DNA from: an uncultured Candidatus Rokubacteria bacterium
GTDB taxonomy: Bacteria; Methylomirabilota; Methylomirabilia; Rokubacteriales; CSP1-6
Length of the DNA: 64,000 bases
Reading direction: 5' to 3'
Assembly: GCA_963747235.1 (NCBI GenBank)
Contig: CAVVEU010000040.1
Location: 558,454 to 622,453, forward strand
A model generated the notes under the pieces. It was not told the DNA's origin. It did no database searches and was given only the letters and a program-made list of their open reading frames with translations. The position numbers and the translations under genes are program-made. Positions 31,030 through 40,830 of the stretch are shown one piece after another; within the stretch, counting starts at the first letter, position 1, and each line of letters begins with the position of its first letter.

Positions 31030-31300
31030 GACGGGCCGGGCGCTCCTGCTGGTATCCGGCCTGCCATTCCGCCAGATCATCGGGGTCGAGCTCTCGCGTG
31101 AGCTGGGCAACGTGGCGACGCGCAACATCGGGAGCTACCGGAGCCCCGTCCAGCGCTGCCGGGACATCCCCGGCGTCCGCGCCGACGCGGTCGAATTCCC
31201 GCTCCCGGATGGCCCCGCGACGCATCGTGCTGGCGTACGTGAATCCCAGGTGCCGCGCGTACCTGGACCAACTTCCGTGGCTGCGACGGCAGAAGCGGGG
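31030..31300 (+). pseudogene. Internal fragment of a class I SAM methyltransferase
   Basis: GRALLL.S.LPFRQIIGVELS.EL...A..N..ADAVEFPLP; no start and no motif I. Confidence 0.55.
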
Positions 31301-31347
31301 TCTCGGGTGAAGACGCTCCTGCGGCGGGCCGCGTTGGCCGAGCCCGA

Positions 31348-31736
31348 TCAGGCCGGCCGGGGCGGGTTCGGGCGGAGTCCCGGCCATTTCCTGAACTCGG
31401 CATAGGTCCAGTCCAGGGCGATCTTGCCGTCGCGGAGCGTGAGCACGGCGCAGAGCGGAAGCTTCCACCCGGGCTTCTGGTCCGGGTCGAGCAGCACGGC
31501 CTCGACGACGACGACTCTCCCGCCGCGTGGGTCCGCTCCACTCGCATCTGACGCCTCGGCGCCGCCGCGAGCACCCGGCGCTCGGTCTCGAGCAGCCCCT
31601 CGTGCCCGCGAACGTCGCCGCCGTTGATCTCGCAGTCCGGCGTGTAGCACTCGCGGACGAACCGCTCGATGTCCGTGTTGTAGAGGTGCTCGTACCGTCG
31701 CGCCACCTCCAGGTTGGCCTGCTCTTCCGCCGTCAT
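31348..31736 (-). CDS. SnoaL/NTF2-like protein (frameshift near 31520)
   Basis: NLEVARRY..YN.D..RF...Y.PD, VVVEA, LTLRDGKI..D.TY. Confidence 0.75.
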
Positions 31737-31748
31737 GTCGTCGCTCCC

Positions 31749-31895
31749 TCAGTAGGGCAGGCTCTCGCATCCCATGAGCTCGCGGGCGATGATCATCCGC
31801 GCGATCTCGGCGGAACCGTCGCCGACGGCACCGCGGAGGTGTCGAAGATCGTGGCGGCGCGGGAGCTGCTGGGGCGCGAGAGCCGGCCGTACTGA
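31749..31895. repeat. 147-bp imperfect palindrome formed by two acyl-CoA dehydrogenase 3' ends joined back to back
   Basis: Minus strand DGSAEIARMIIARELMGCESLPY*, plus strand DGTAEVSKIVAARELLGRESRPY*; both stop codons end 73 bp from centre 31822. Confidence 0.8.
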
Positions 31896-31965
31896 CGGCG
31901 TCACCGGGGCTCGGGCCGGCAATCCCCCGCCCGTCGCCGGGCGACCGGCAGTATACTGGCCGGCG

Positions 31966-32469
31966 ATGCAATTCCAGCTCCGCAAGATCGGCCACGTCGT
32001 GCTCAACGTCACCGACCTCGAGCGCGCGGTGGCCTTCTACACCGGCACCCTCGGCCTCGAGGTGAGCGACCGCTACCCCGACGCCATGGTGCCCGGCGGC
32101 ATGGTCTTCCTCCGGGTCAATACCGACCATCACGGCGTCGCCCTCGTCGGGGGCGCCGCGAAGAGCGAGCGCACCAGCCTGAACCACTTCGCCTTCGAGG
32201 TCGGCTCGGTCGACGAGGTGTTCCGGGCCCGCGCGTGGCTGCGCGAGCGGAGCGTGCCGATCCACTTCGAGGGCCGGCGCCGCGCCGGCTGTCAGCTCGC
32301 CATCGAGTTCCAGGATCCCGACGGCAACAACCTCGAGATCTACTGGAACATCGACCAGGTGGGCACCGAGGGCGCCGTGCGCCCCGCCGCCGAGTGGCGC
32401 CCCGCGAAGACGCTCGAAGAAGCGGTGGCCAACCCGGTCAAGGGCCAGGCGCTGCCGCAGCGGGGCTGA
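31966..32469 (+). CDS. VOC/glyoxalase (extradiol dioxygenase-like) protein
   Basis: IGHVVLNV.D, DHH.VAL, LNHFAFEV, DPDGNNLE. Confidence 0.85.
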   Translation: MQFQLRKIGHVVLNVTDLERAVAFYTGTLGLEVSDRYPDAMVPGGMVFLRVNTDHHGVALVGGAAKSERTSLNHFAFEVGSVDEVFRARAWLRERSVPIHFEGRRRAGCQLAIEFQDPDGNNLEIYWNIDQVGTEGAVRPAAEWRPAKTLEEAVANPVKGQALPQRG

Positions 32470-32482
32470 TCCCCGCCCCCGG

Positions 32483-33542
32483 TCAGACGACCAGACGCTC
32501 CGGGTCGTGGCGCAGGTCTCGGCGCGCCAGCACGCGGCGGTGCTCGAGGAGCAGGCGGACCGTCTCCTGCAGCACCGTGGCCGCCGGCACGGCGATGATC
32601 ATGCCGAGCACGCCGAGCGCGTGGCTGCCGACCACCACCGAGCCGAGCAGGAGCGCCGGATGGAGGTGCACGCTCCGCCCGATGGTCAGGGGCTGGATGA
32701 TCGTGTCGTCGAGCACCTTGATGACCACGAACAGCAGCGCGACGCGCACCGACGCCGGCGAGCCCCTGCCCCGGCGTCAGCACCACCACGAGCCCGGCGG
32801 CCACGGTCGAGAGCAGCGGCCCCACGAACGGCACCACGTTGGCGAGGCCGGCAAAGGCCCCGAGCAGGAGCGGATAGGGAACGCCCGCCGCCCACAGGCC
32901 CAGGGCCGCCAGCGCGCCCACCACGAGGCCGTCCAGCACCAGGCCGCGGATGTAGCGCCCGATGACCCCGTTCAGCTCGCGCCACACCGCCACCGACGTC
33001 TCCACGTGCTGCGGCGGCAGCCGGTCCATGACGGCAGGCGATGAGCCGGTGCATGTCCCGCAACAGGAAGAAGGCGAAGAACGGCACGAGGATCGCCAGC
33101 AGGAACAGGTGCCCCACGTGCTCGAAGAGATCGGCCGGCTCGCCGGGGCCACGGTTGAGCACGAATCGTCTGGACCCAGTCCCCGCCCTCGGGCAGGAGG
33201 CGCCGGACCGCCGGCGCCGACTCGGCGAGCTCGCGCACCGCGGCGTCGAGACCGACGTCGATCTGTCGCGCCAGCGCGGGCAGCCGGTCCACCAGCGCCC
33301 CGGCCTCGGCCAGCATGCCCGGCCCCAGCAGGAAGGCGGCGCCGACCAGCAGGGCGATGATGACCGCGAACAGCGCGCTCACCGCCACGCTCCGCCGGAT
33401 GGCCAGGGTGTCCGCCCACGCGACCGCCGGGCTCAGGAGATAGGCGAGCGCGGCCGCGAGGAACACGGGCAGGACCATGCCACGGGCCAGCCAGGCGAGC
33501 GCGACGAGACCGCCCCACCGCGAGGAGCCGGCCCGCCTTCAC
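32483..33542 (-). CDS. AI-2E family transporter, frameshifted
   Basis: LAYLLSP.V, RYIRG, VPFVGP, P..IGRSVHLHP, G.LGMIIAVP. Confidence 0.85.
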
Positions 33543-34064
33543 AGCGGGCCGGCCCTCTCCGGGCCCGGACCCGGCTCGGTCGCGATCACCGGATTGCGCC
33601 GCGCGTAGATCGGCGAGCAGCCGAGACAGGTTGCGCATCACCACGACGGCGATCCGGGCGTTGCCGTCGATGAGCGCGTCGAAGTCGCTCTTGTAGAGGA
33701 TGAGCAGCCGCCCCGGCGTGGCGACCCGCGCGGTGGCCGAGCGCGGGAAGTCGTCGATGAGGGCCAGCTCGCCGAAGGCATCGCCGGGGCCGAGCGTGTT
33801 CAGGATGTACGCGCCCTGTGCCGTCGCCCGGGTGATCTCCACCGCGCCCTCGACGACGACGAAGAGCGCGCGGCCCGGATCCCCTTCCTCGAAGACGACG
33901 TCGCCCGGGTGATAGACCTTCTCGAAGAACCGCGTCGCCAGCCGGGCCAGGAGGCGCCGCGGCAGACCGGCGAAGAGCGGCGAGCGCGCGAGAAAGGGCG
34001 CGCGGCGGGCCTGCTCGGGGTCCTCCGCCCAGGCGAGCCATCGCGGCAGGGGCTGCTCGAACAT
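33539..34064 (-). CDS. Stand-alone cyclic-nucleotide-binding domain protein
   Basis: VFEEGDPG..LFVVVEG, GDAFGELAL...PRSATA; GTGA overlap with AI-2E; 3' frameshift. Confidence 0.8.
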
Positions 34065-34131
34065 TTCGCGCACTATAGCAGAAGGCGATCCGGACGGCGC
34101 GCGGGTGGCCGGATCGCCGGTGTTCGACACG

Positions 34132-34158
34132 CACATGGGAATTTACTTGGCCCATGTG
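34132..34158. promoter_or_regulatory. Inverted repeat, candidate enhancer (bEBP upstream activating sequence)
   Basis: CACATGGG-N11-CCCATGTG about 110 bp upstream of the sigma54-like site. Confidence 0.4.
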
Positions 34159-34265
34159 AGTCCTTCCCTCCCGATGTTCCCCCGCGTAGCTCCCGCGCAC
34201 GGTTTGCGGCACGTTCGGGTGGGGGACCATCCGCGCACCCATACAATCTGTAGTCGGAATCGTCA

Positions 34266-34281
34266 TGGCACGGCTTTCGCT
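34266..34281 (+). promoter_or_regulatory. sigma54 (-24/-12) promoter
   Basis: TGGCACGGCTTTCGCT with exact GG-N10-GC spacing. Confidence 0.6.
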
Positions 34282-34449
34282 CTGCATGACGTCTGTAGAG
34301 ACTTCGCATGAGCCACGACTTGGTACCGCGGCACGGTGGGCTGCATGGTGCCCGGCGTGCTCGGCTCGCCGACCGGGCCGGCGCACAGCCGCGCGGCCCG
34401 GATCCCGAGCGCCATCGCTACCGCCCTGAGCGTAGGCAAGGTCGTGACA

Positions 34450-35814
34450 ATGCGGGCGATCAAGGTGACCGGGCTCCTGGTCATCCTGCAGTCCATCCTT
34501 GTCGTGGGCCTCTGGTGGCTGAGCGAGGAGTGGCTGACGCCGAAGGTGCCCACCGGCATCGAACGAGTCGCAGATCTGTACGCCGCGGCGGCCGGCCGCT
34601 TCATGATTGCGACCGACCAGCGAGCCCTCGACCTGCTGGTCAGGCAGGCCGCGGCGTGGCCGGAGATCGTATACGTCGGCGTCGAGGACGATCACGGGAC
34701 AGTCCTCGCCCACACCGATCCGGCACGCGTCGGCAGGATCTGGAACGAAGCGATGCCAACCAGGATCCGGTCGAGAACGGGCACCCCGCCCCGCGAGATC
34801 GCGGTTCTCATACTGAATCCCGACCTGAAGGTCGGGCCGCCGGTCGGCCGGGTTCGGCTCGGCTATATCACGATCGACGACGGGGCGATCCTGCCGAGCG
34901 CGCTTGCCCAGGGCTCCGTCGTGCCGTTCCTCGTGATCACCATGGTGGCGACCATCCCGCTTGGTTGGCTGGTCATCGCTCTCACCAAGCCGTCGGGCCA
35001 GCGACCAAGTGAACCACCGGGTCCGCCGCTGGAGACTCTGGCCCAGGCCGCGTGGGCAAACCATGGCCAGTTTGTGACCGAGGTGCAGCGACTAAAGGTA
35101 GTACTCGCCGAGCGGGATGCGCAGGTCGCGCGACTCACAAAGAACTCGATCGACCCGTCCCATCAGCGCGCCATCCTGTCCATCACGCACGCGGTCCGGA
35201 CCTCTCTCAGCAACATCCTCGGCTTCTCGAAGCTCCTCCTGCGAGAGCTCGACGGCGCGCTGACGGAGACTCAAACCGCCGATGTCCTGAACATCCAGCG
35301 CGCGGGCACCGAGCTGCTCGCCTTTGTCACCGCGCTCTCCGAGCTCAACCGAGCCGAATCGGGACACATCCAGATCCAGCCCGAGGTGGTGGACGCGAGG
35401 GCGTTGCTGAACGAGCTCGCGTCGGAGTATCGATCGGTCCACTCCCTGGACATCACGGTGGAGTGTCCGGCCGAGTTTCCGATGGTACGGACGGATCGAA
35501 CCCATCTCGGGCAGATCCTCCGTACGTTGACGATGCAGGCCTCGACGATGAGTGGGCACGGAGAAATCGTGCTCAGACCACGGTCGAACGGCAAGACGGC
35601 CAACATCTCCGTCGCCTATCCGGGACGAATCATCTCGGACGAAGACATGGCCACCATGTTCGCGGCAAAGGACGCGAGCGGAGGACGCATCGGCCTGACC
35701 CTGGCCCGATCACTCGCTATCCTCAACGGGGGCAACATCGGCGTCGAGAGCCAACCGGGACACGGTGTCGTGTTCACACTGACGGTGCCTATAGAGGAAG
35801 CGCACGCCGGGTAG
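34450..35814 (+). CDS. Membrane sensor histidine kinase-like protein with degenerate HATPase
   Basis: Two TMs around an extracytoplasmic domain; H-box THAVRTSL; N-box QILRTLTMQA; G1 VAYPGRII; GG.I.VES.PG.G..F. Confidence 0.8.
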   Translation: MRAIKVTGLLVILQSILVVGLWWLSEEWLTPKVPTGIERVADLYAAAAGRFMIATDQRALDLLVRQAAAWPEIVYVGVEDDHGTVLAHTDPARVGRIWNEAMPTRIRSRTGTPPREIAVLILNPDLKVGPPVGRVRLGYITIDDGAILPSALAQGSVVPFLVITMVATIPLGWLVIALTKPSGQRPSEPPGPPLETLAQAAWANHGQFVTEVQRLKVVLAERDAQVARLTKNSIDPSHQRAILSITHAVRTSLSNILGFSKLLLRELDGALTETQTADVLNIQRAGTELLAFVTALSELNRAESGHIQIQPEVVDARALLNELASEYRSVHSLDITVECPAEFPMVRTDRTHLGQILRTLTMQASTMSGHGEIVLRPRSNGKTANISVAYPGRIISDEDMATMFAAKDASGGRIGLTLARSLAILNGGNIGVESQPGHGVVFTLTVPIEEAHAG

Positions 35815-35852
35815 GCTGACCGGCGGCGTCTCCAGGGCAGAGGGGACACATC

Positions 35853-37340
35853 ATGGAAGACACGCTACTCTACATCGACTCGGAGCCGGCAATTCGGCTG
35901 CTCGTCCGCCGGGTCCTCAGCTCGGCTGGATTCCGTGTGCTCGAGGCCGAGAATCTCGCGTCCGGCCGCCAGCTCGCCGAGCAGGCGCGACCGGAGATCG
36001 TGCTGCTGGACGTGGATGGCGCGGACACGGCGGCGGACGGTCTCGTCCCAGCTTTTCGGAAATCGCCCGGAATGGAGCGGTCGGTCTTCCTCGCCTCCAC
36101 CGCCGACGACCGGTCCGATCATACGGAGAACCTGGTGGCGTGCGGCTTCCAGGGGGTCCTGCTCAAGCCGCTCGACATCGACACCCTGGCCAAAGAGCTC
36201 AAGCCCTATCTGCCACCGAAAGCCGCGCCCACCCTGTCGGCGAGGCCGATGCACCCGGCCCCTTCCCCTCACGGTATCCGGTCACGCTGGCGGGTCAACT
36301 TCACCCCGATCATGGAGGGCCTCCTTCGCAACGTGTGTGCGGCCGACGGGGTACTCGCCCTCCTGGACGAGGATCGAACAGCGCTGGTCGTGGTCGCCGC
36401 CTGTTCGATCCGGGTCACGGCTGATGGCTCACGGCTCGGAGCTGGAGTGCCGCTGACCACCGCCGAGTGGATCCGGCCTTCACTCAAGCGGGCCGAGCCC
36501 ACGATGCTCAACCCCGATACGGTGAAGATCTCATCGCTGCTTTCCGAGGACTGCACGGCGGCCCTCGCTGTGCCCGTCACCAAGGACGGGGAGACGTACG
36601 GCCTGGTCATCCTCGGTGAGCGGCGCCGAGGCCGGTTCGTCTTCCCACCCGCGCAGGTCGCCGAGAGTGTCGCCGAAACGTCGCGGATCGGCTCGATCCT
36701 GGCGGAAGCGGATCGGCTGGACGAGGCCATGGCCCGGAAACGCCAGGAGATGCAACGGATCCGGCTCGATGCGGGCCGGGCCGTCGCGGTCGCCGGGCAT
36801 TCCGCCGCGGCCGTGAACGGAGAGCGGGCAGCCGTCATTGGTTTGAGCCTGAAGCTCGCGGAGCAGCTCAAGCTACCGCTGACCGAAGCGATCCTCCTCA
36901 ATCAGGCGGTGGAGGCGTACGACCTCGGGCGGATGTGGATCGCGCAGGCCGTCCTTCCTCACGCCGGGCTCACGCCGGCCGCCTCTCAGGGGCTTCTCGA
37001 GGGACACGCGGACCACACGACGGCCATCCTGAGCGCGCTGGAGTGGCCACCGCCGGTTCTCGACCTCATCCGGGCGCACCGAGCGTGGTGGAGCGGCGAG
37101 GGTCAACCCGACGGCCCCGCCGGCCGCGATATCCCGCTGGCCGCCCGCATCATGGCCGTCACCACGGCGTACGAGACGCTGACCACCTGTCCCGGCCCTC
37201 ACCGGGGCGCGCTGCGAAGTCGCGAGGCGATCGCCGAGCTGACCCGGGAGTCCGGGAGACGATTCGACCCCGACGTGGTCGGTGCACTCGCCGCCCTGCT
37301 CGACGAAAAGGGGGCGACGAGCGCAATTCACGTCCCTTGA
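35853..37340 (+). CDS. REC-GAF-HD-GYP-like protein with degenerate HD-GYP
   Basis: REC LLDVDG..KPL; GAF LAVPV..YGLV; YDLGR, HRAWWSGEGQPDG, IPLAARIMAV, GRRFDP. Confidence 0.8.
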   Translation: MEDTLLYIDSEPAIRLLVRRVLSSAGFRVLEAENLASGRQLAEQARPEIVLLDVDGADTAADGLVPAFRKSPGMERSVFLASTADDRSDHTENLVACGFQGVLLKPLDIDTLAKELKPYLPPKAAPTLSARPMHPAPSPHGIRSRWRVNFTPIMEGLLRNVCAADGVLALLDEDRTALVVVAACSIRVTADGSRLGAGVPLTTAEWIRPSLKRAEPTMLNPDTVKISSLLSEDCTAALAVPVTKDGETYGLVILGERRRGRFVFPPAQVAESVAETSRIGSILAEADRLDEAMARKRQEMQRIRLDAGRAVAVAGHSAAAVNGERAAVIGLSLKLAEQLKLPLTEAILLNQAVEAYDLGRMWIAQAVLPHAGLTPAASQGLLEGHADHTTAILSALEWPPPVLDLIRAHRAWWSGEGQPDGPAGRDIPLAARIMAVTTAYETLTTCPGPHRGALRSREAIAELTRESGRRFDPDVVGALAALLDEKGATSAIHVP

Positions 37341-37664
37341 CCGCTCCCGGGCCTCCTACTAAGCTCGTGGCACATGTCCGACCCTTCATGGCGCCCGTGC
37401 GGGGAGGCCCCTGGCATGGAGTGAGGCCTGGGTCGATTTCCTTCGCGCTTTACCGCCCCTGGTGCTGCTCATCTCGTTGTTCGCCGGACTGCCGGTCGCC
37501 GGGCTGGAGCTGGGCGGCTTCGCCTGCGTGGCCGTCGCCTTCTCGCTGATTCGGAAGTGAGCCTCGGCCCCGACCGCCTTCCGGACGAGAGCACGCAAGA
37601 GTAGAGTGTGCGCACCCGGGAAGACCGGAGCGGTTCCCGCGTGACCCGTGAGAGGAGAGGGACA

Positions 37665-38794
37665 ATGAAGACCTTCGCAAGCCTGGCCGGCGGGATCATG
37701 TTGACCCTGCTCATGGCCCTCGTCGGCGCCGCCGAGGCGGCCACGTTCGTCTACGTGTCGAACGCCGAAGACGGCGACATCGGGACCTATACCCTGCTGC
37801 CCGACGGGAGCCTGCTGCCCGGCGCGCGCGTCGCGGCCGGGAAACCGGTGATGCCGATGAGCGTCAGTCCCGACCGGCGCTTTCTCTACGCCGCGGTGCG
37901 CTCGAAGCCCTTCACGGTCATCACGTACGCCATCGACCGGAAGACCGGCGCGCTGGCCAAGCGGTCGGGCGCAGCCCTGGCCGAGAGCTTCCCGTACATC
38001 GCGGTGGACAAGACCGGAAGCTTCCTGCTCGGCGCGTCCTATGGCGGCCACCTCGTCAGCGTCAACGCGATCGGGAAGGACGGCAAGGTGTCCGACCCGA
38101 AGCAGGTGATCCCGACCGCCCGCAATGCCCACTCCATCATCACCGACAACACCAACCGCTTCGTCTTCGTGCCGCACCTGGGCACCGACCAGATCTTCCA
38201 GTTCCGCTTCGACGCGAAGACCGGCCGGCTGACGGCGAACACCCCGCCGGTGGTCCAGATGAAGGCCGGGTCCGGCCCGCGCCACATCATCATGTCGCGC
38301 CGACAACAGGTTCGCCTACCTGCTCAACGAGCTGACGGCGACGGTGACGACGCTCGTCGCTGGACGCGAAGACGGGCCTGCTGACCGAGGTGAGCTCGGC
38401 CTCGGCGCTGCCGGCCGACACCAAGCTCGTCCCCGGGGCGCCGCGCGGCCCTCGCCCGGGGCGCAATGTCGACAACGACATCTGGGCGTCCGACCTGCAC
38501 CTCACGCCGGACGGCAAGTTCCTCTACGCCGCCGAGCGGACCAGCAGCTCGCTCGGCGCGTTCAGCGTGGATGCGGCCACCGGCAAGCTGACGTATCTCT
38601 CGAGCACGCCGACCGAGAATCAGCCGCGCGGCTTCGCCATCGATCCCAAGGGCCGCACCATGGTCGTGTCCGGCGAGAAATCGGACACCATCTCGGTCTA
38701 CGCGATCGACCCGGCGAGCGGCGCCTTGTCGCTGCGGCAGAAGTACCCGACGGGCAAGGGCTCGAACTGGGTCGAGATCGTCAGCTTCGACTAG
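37665..38794 (+). CDS. Secreted 6-phosphogluconolactonase-like beta-propeller, frameshifted
   Basis: FVYVSN, SPDRRFLYA, NAHS, GPRH, TPDGKFLY, QPRGFAIDP, GSNWVEIV. Confidence 0.85.
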
Positions 38795-38852
38795 CGGGGC
38801 GTGCTGTTACACTCGCGGGCGCGGTTCGGCACGAACCGCCAAGGAGGATGCG

Positions 38853-39312
38853 ATGCCGGTCGACAAGAGCGCCATCGGCAGGACGGGTGAGCCCGTGACC
38901 ATGCACGTGGAGCGCGGCAAGATCCAGGAGTTCGCGCGCGCCATCAAGGACGATGATCCGCTGTACTACGACGAGGACCACGCGGCGAAAGAGGCCGGCG
39001 GCATCATGCCCCCGGTGACGTTCTTGCAGACGCGTCTCGCACTGGGACGACGGGCGGGGCCGGCCGCGCCTGCCCTTCGACCTCAAACGCGTGCTGCACG
39101 GCGAGCAGGAGTTCGAGTTCCTCGCCCCCATCCACGCAGGCGACGTGCTGACCGCGGTGAGCCAGATCGTCGACGTGTACGAGAAGCCGGGCAAGCGCGG
39201 CGGCTCCATGACCTTCGCGGTGACGGAGACGGAGTACCGCAACGCCAAGGGCGCGCTGGTGGCCCGCGCGCGCGCCGTCGGCATCGAGACCGGCCAGGTC
39301 GTCAAGGACTGA
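38853..39312 (+). CDS. MaoC-like dehydratase, HadA-type subunit (frameshift)
   Basis: VERGKI.EFARA, PP.TF, LHGEQEFEF..PI.AGD. Confidence 0.8.
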
Positions 39313-39325
39313 GAGGGAGATCGCC

Positions 39326-39772
39326 ATGCCCGCGACCAAGCGCTTCTGGGAGGACGTCAAGGAGGGCGATACCCTGCCCGAGGTCCGCGTCGACAAGCTC
39401 ACGCGGACCGACTTCGTGAAGTACGCCGGGGCCTCCGGCGACTTCAACCCGATCCACCACGACCAGACCTTCGCGGAGGCCTCCGGGAACCCCACCGTGT
39501 TCGCCATGGGCATGCTCAACGCGAGCATCCTGAGCCGGGTGGTCACCGGGTTCGCGGGACGGCCCAACGTGCGGCGCTACAAGGTGCGCTTCTCGACGCG
39601 GGCCTGGCCGGGCGACGACGTGATCTGCCGGGGCAAGGTGACGCGCAAGCTCGAGCAGGGGGGCGAGAAGCTGGTGGAGGGCGAGCTCGAGGCGATCAAC
39701 CAGAAGGGCGAGACCCTCATCAGCGGCAGCTTCGTCGCGGCGCTGCCGTCGCGCGGCTCCAGCGGCCGATGA
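39326..39772 (+). CDS. MaoC dehydratase, HadB-type subunit
   Basis: YAGASGDFNPIHHD, AMGML. Confidence 0.85.
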   Translation: MPATKRFWEDVKEGDTLPEVRVDKLTRTDFVKYAGASGDFNPIHHDQTFAEASGNPTVFAMGMLNASILSRVVTGFAGRPNVRRYKVRFSTRAWPGDDVICRGKVTRKLEQGGEKLVEGELEAINQKGETLISGSFVAALPSRGSSGR

Positions 39773-40806
39773 AGCTCGGGCTCTCGATCGGGTACTCCGG
39801 CGCCCACCTCGACCTGCCGGTGGCGCGCGTGCAGCTCGCGGAGCGGCTGGGCTACGACTCGGTGTGGACGGCGGAGGCGTACGGCTCGGATGCCCTGACG
39901 CCGCTGGCCTATCTGGCCGCGGTGACGAGGCGCATCCGGCTCGGCACCGGGATCATGCAGCTCGCCGCACGCACGCCCGCGGCGGCCGCGATGGCGGTGG
40001 CCACCATCGATGCGCTGGCCGGCGGCGGGCGCGTCATCGCGGGCCTCGGCGTGTCGGGCCCGCAGATCGTGGAGGGCTGGTACGGGCAGCCGTGGGGCAA
40101 GCCCTACTGGCGCCTGCGCGACTACGTGGCCATCATGAGGAAAGTCTTTGCCCGCAAGGCGCCCGTGCAGCACGAGGGCCGCGAGATCTCGCTCCCCTAC
40201 ACGGGTCCCGGCTCGGCCGGGCTGGCCAAGCCTCTGACGTCGATCCTGCACATGCGGCCGGACATCCCCATCTGGCTCGGCACGGGCGGCGAATCGACCG
40301 TGAAGCTCACCGCCGAGGTCGCGGACGGCTGGCTGCCGCTCGGCTTCACGCCCGCCCGCATGAAGGCCTTCCGGCCCTGGCTGGACGAGGGGCTCCGCCG
40401 CGCCGGCGGCGGCAAGACGCTGCGCGACCTCGAGATCCAGCCGCGCGCCTTCGTGGTGCTGACCGACGACGTGCGCGAGGGGCTTCAGACCCTCAAGCCG
40501 CGCGTGGCGCTCTACGTCGGCGGCATGGGCCACCGCGACAAGAACTTCCACACCCAGGCCATGACCGCGAACGGCTACGGCCTGGCCGCCGAGCGCATCC
40601 AGGAACTCTATCTCGCCGGCCGCAAGGCGGAGGCGGTGGCCGCGGTGCCCGACGACTTCATCGACGAGGGTGCGCTGGTGGGGCCGAGAGACCGGATCCG
40701 CGAGCGCTTCCGCGCGTGGGCCGACAGCGGCGCAACCGGCCTCACCGTGGCCACGCAGCAGGACGAGGCCATCGAGCTGATGGCCGAACTGGCCGGGTGT
40801 CGATGA
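39769..40806 (+). CDS. LLM-class, probably F420-dependent, oxidoreductase
   Basis: WTAEAYGSD, ARTPA, GLGVSGPQIVEGWYG, LYVGGMG..NFH. Confidence 0.88.
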   Translation: MKLGLSIGYSGAHLDLPVARVQLAERLGYDSVWTAEAYGSDALTPLAYLAAVTRRIRLGTGIMQLAARTPAAAAMAVATIDALAGGGRVIAGLGVSGPQIVEGWYGQPWGKPYWRLRDYVAIMRKVFARKAPVQHEGREISLPYTGPGSAGLAKPLTSILHMRPDIPIWLGTGGESTVKLTAEVADGWLPLGFTPARMKAFRPWLDEGLRRAGGGKTLRDLEIQPRAFVVLTDDVREGLQTLKPRVALYVGGMGHRDKNFHTQAMTANGYGLAAERIQELYLAGRKAEAVAAVPDDFIDEGALVGPRDRIRERFRAWADSGATGLTVATQQDEAIELMAELAGCR

Positions 40807-40830
40807 GGGCGCCGGCGCGGACGTAGCCGG

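Noticed and set aside
37405-37560. Short hydrophobic ORF ending ..VAFSLIRK*
   Set aside because: No in-frame start codon or RBS found; cannot be supported
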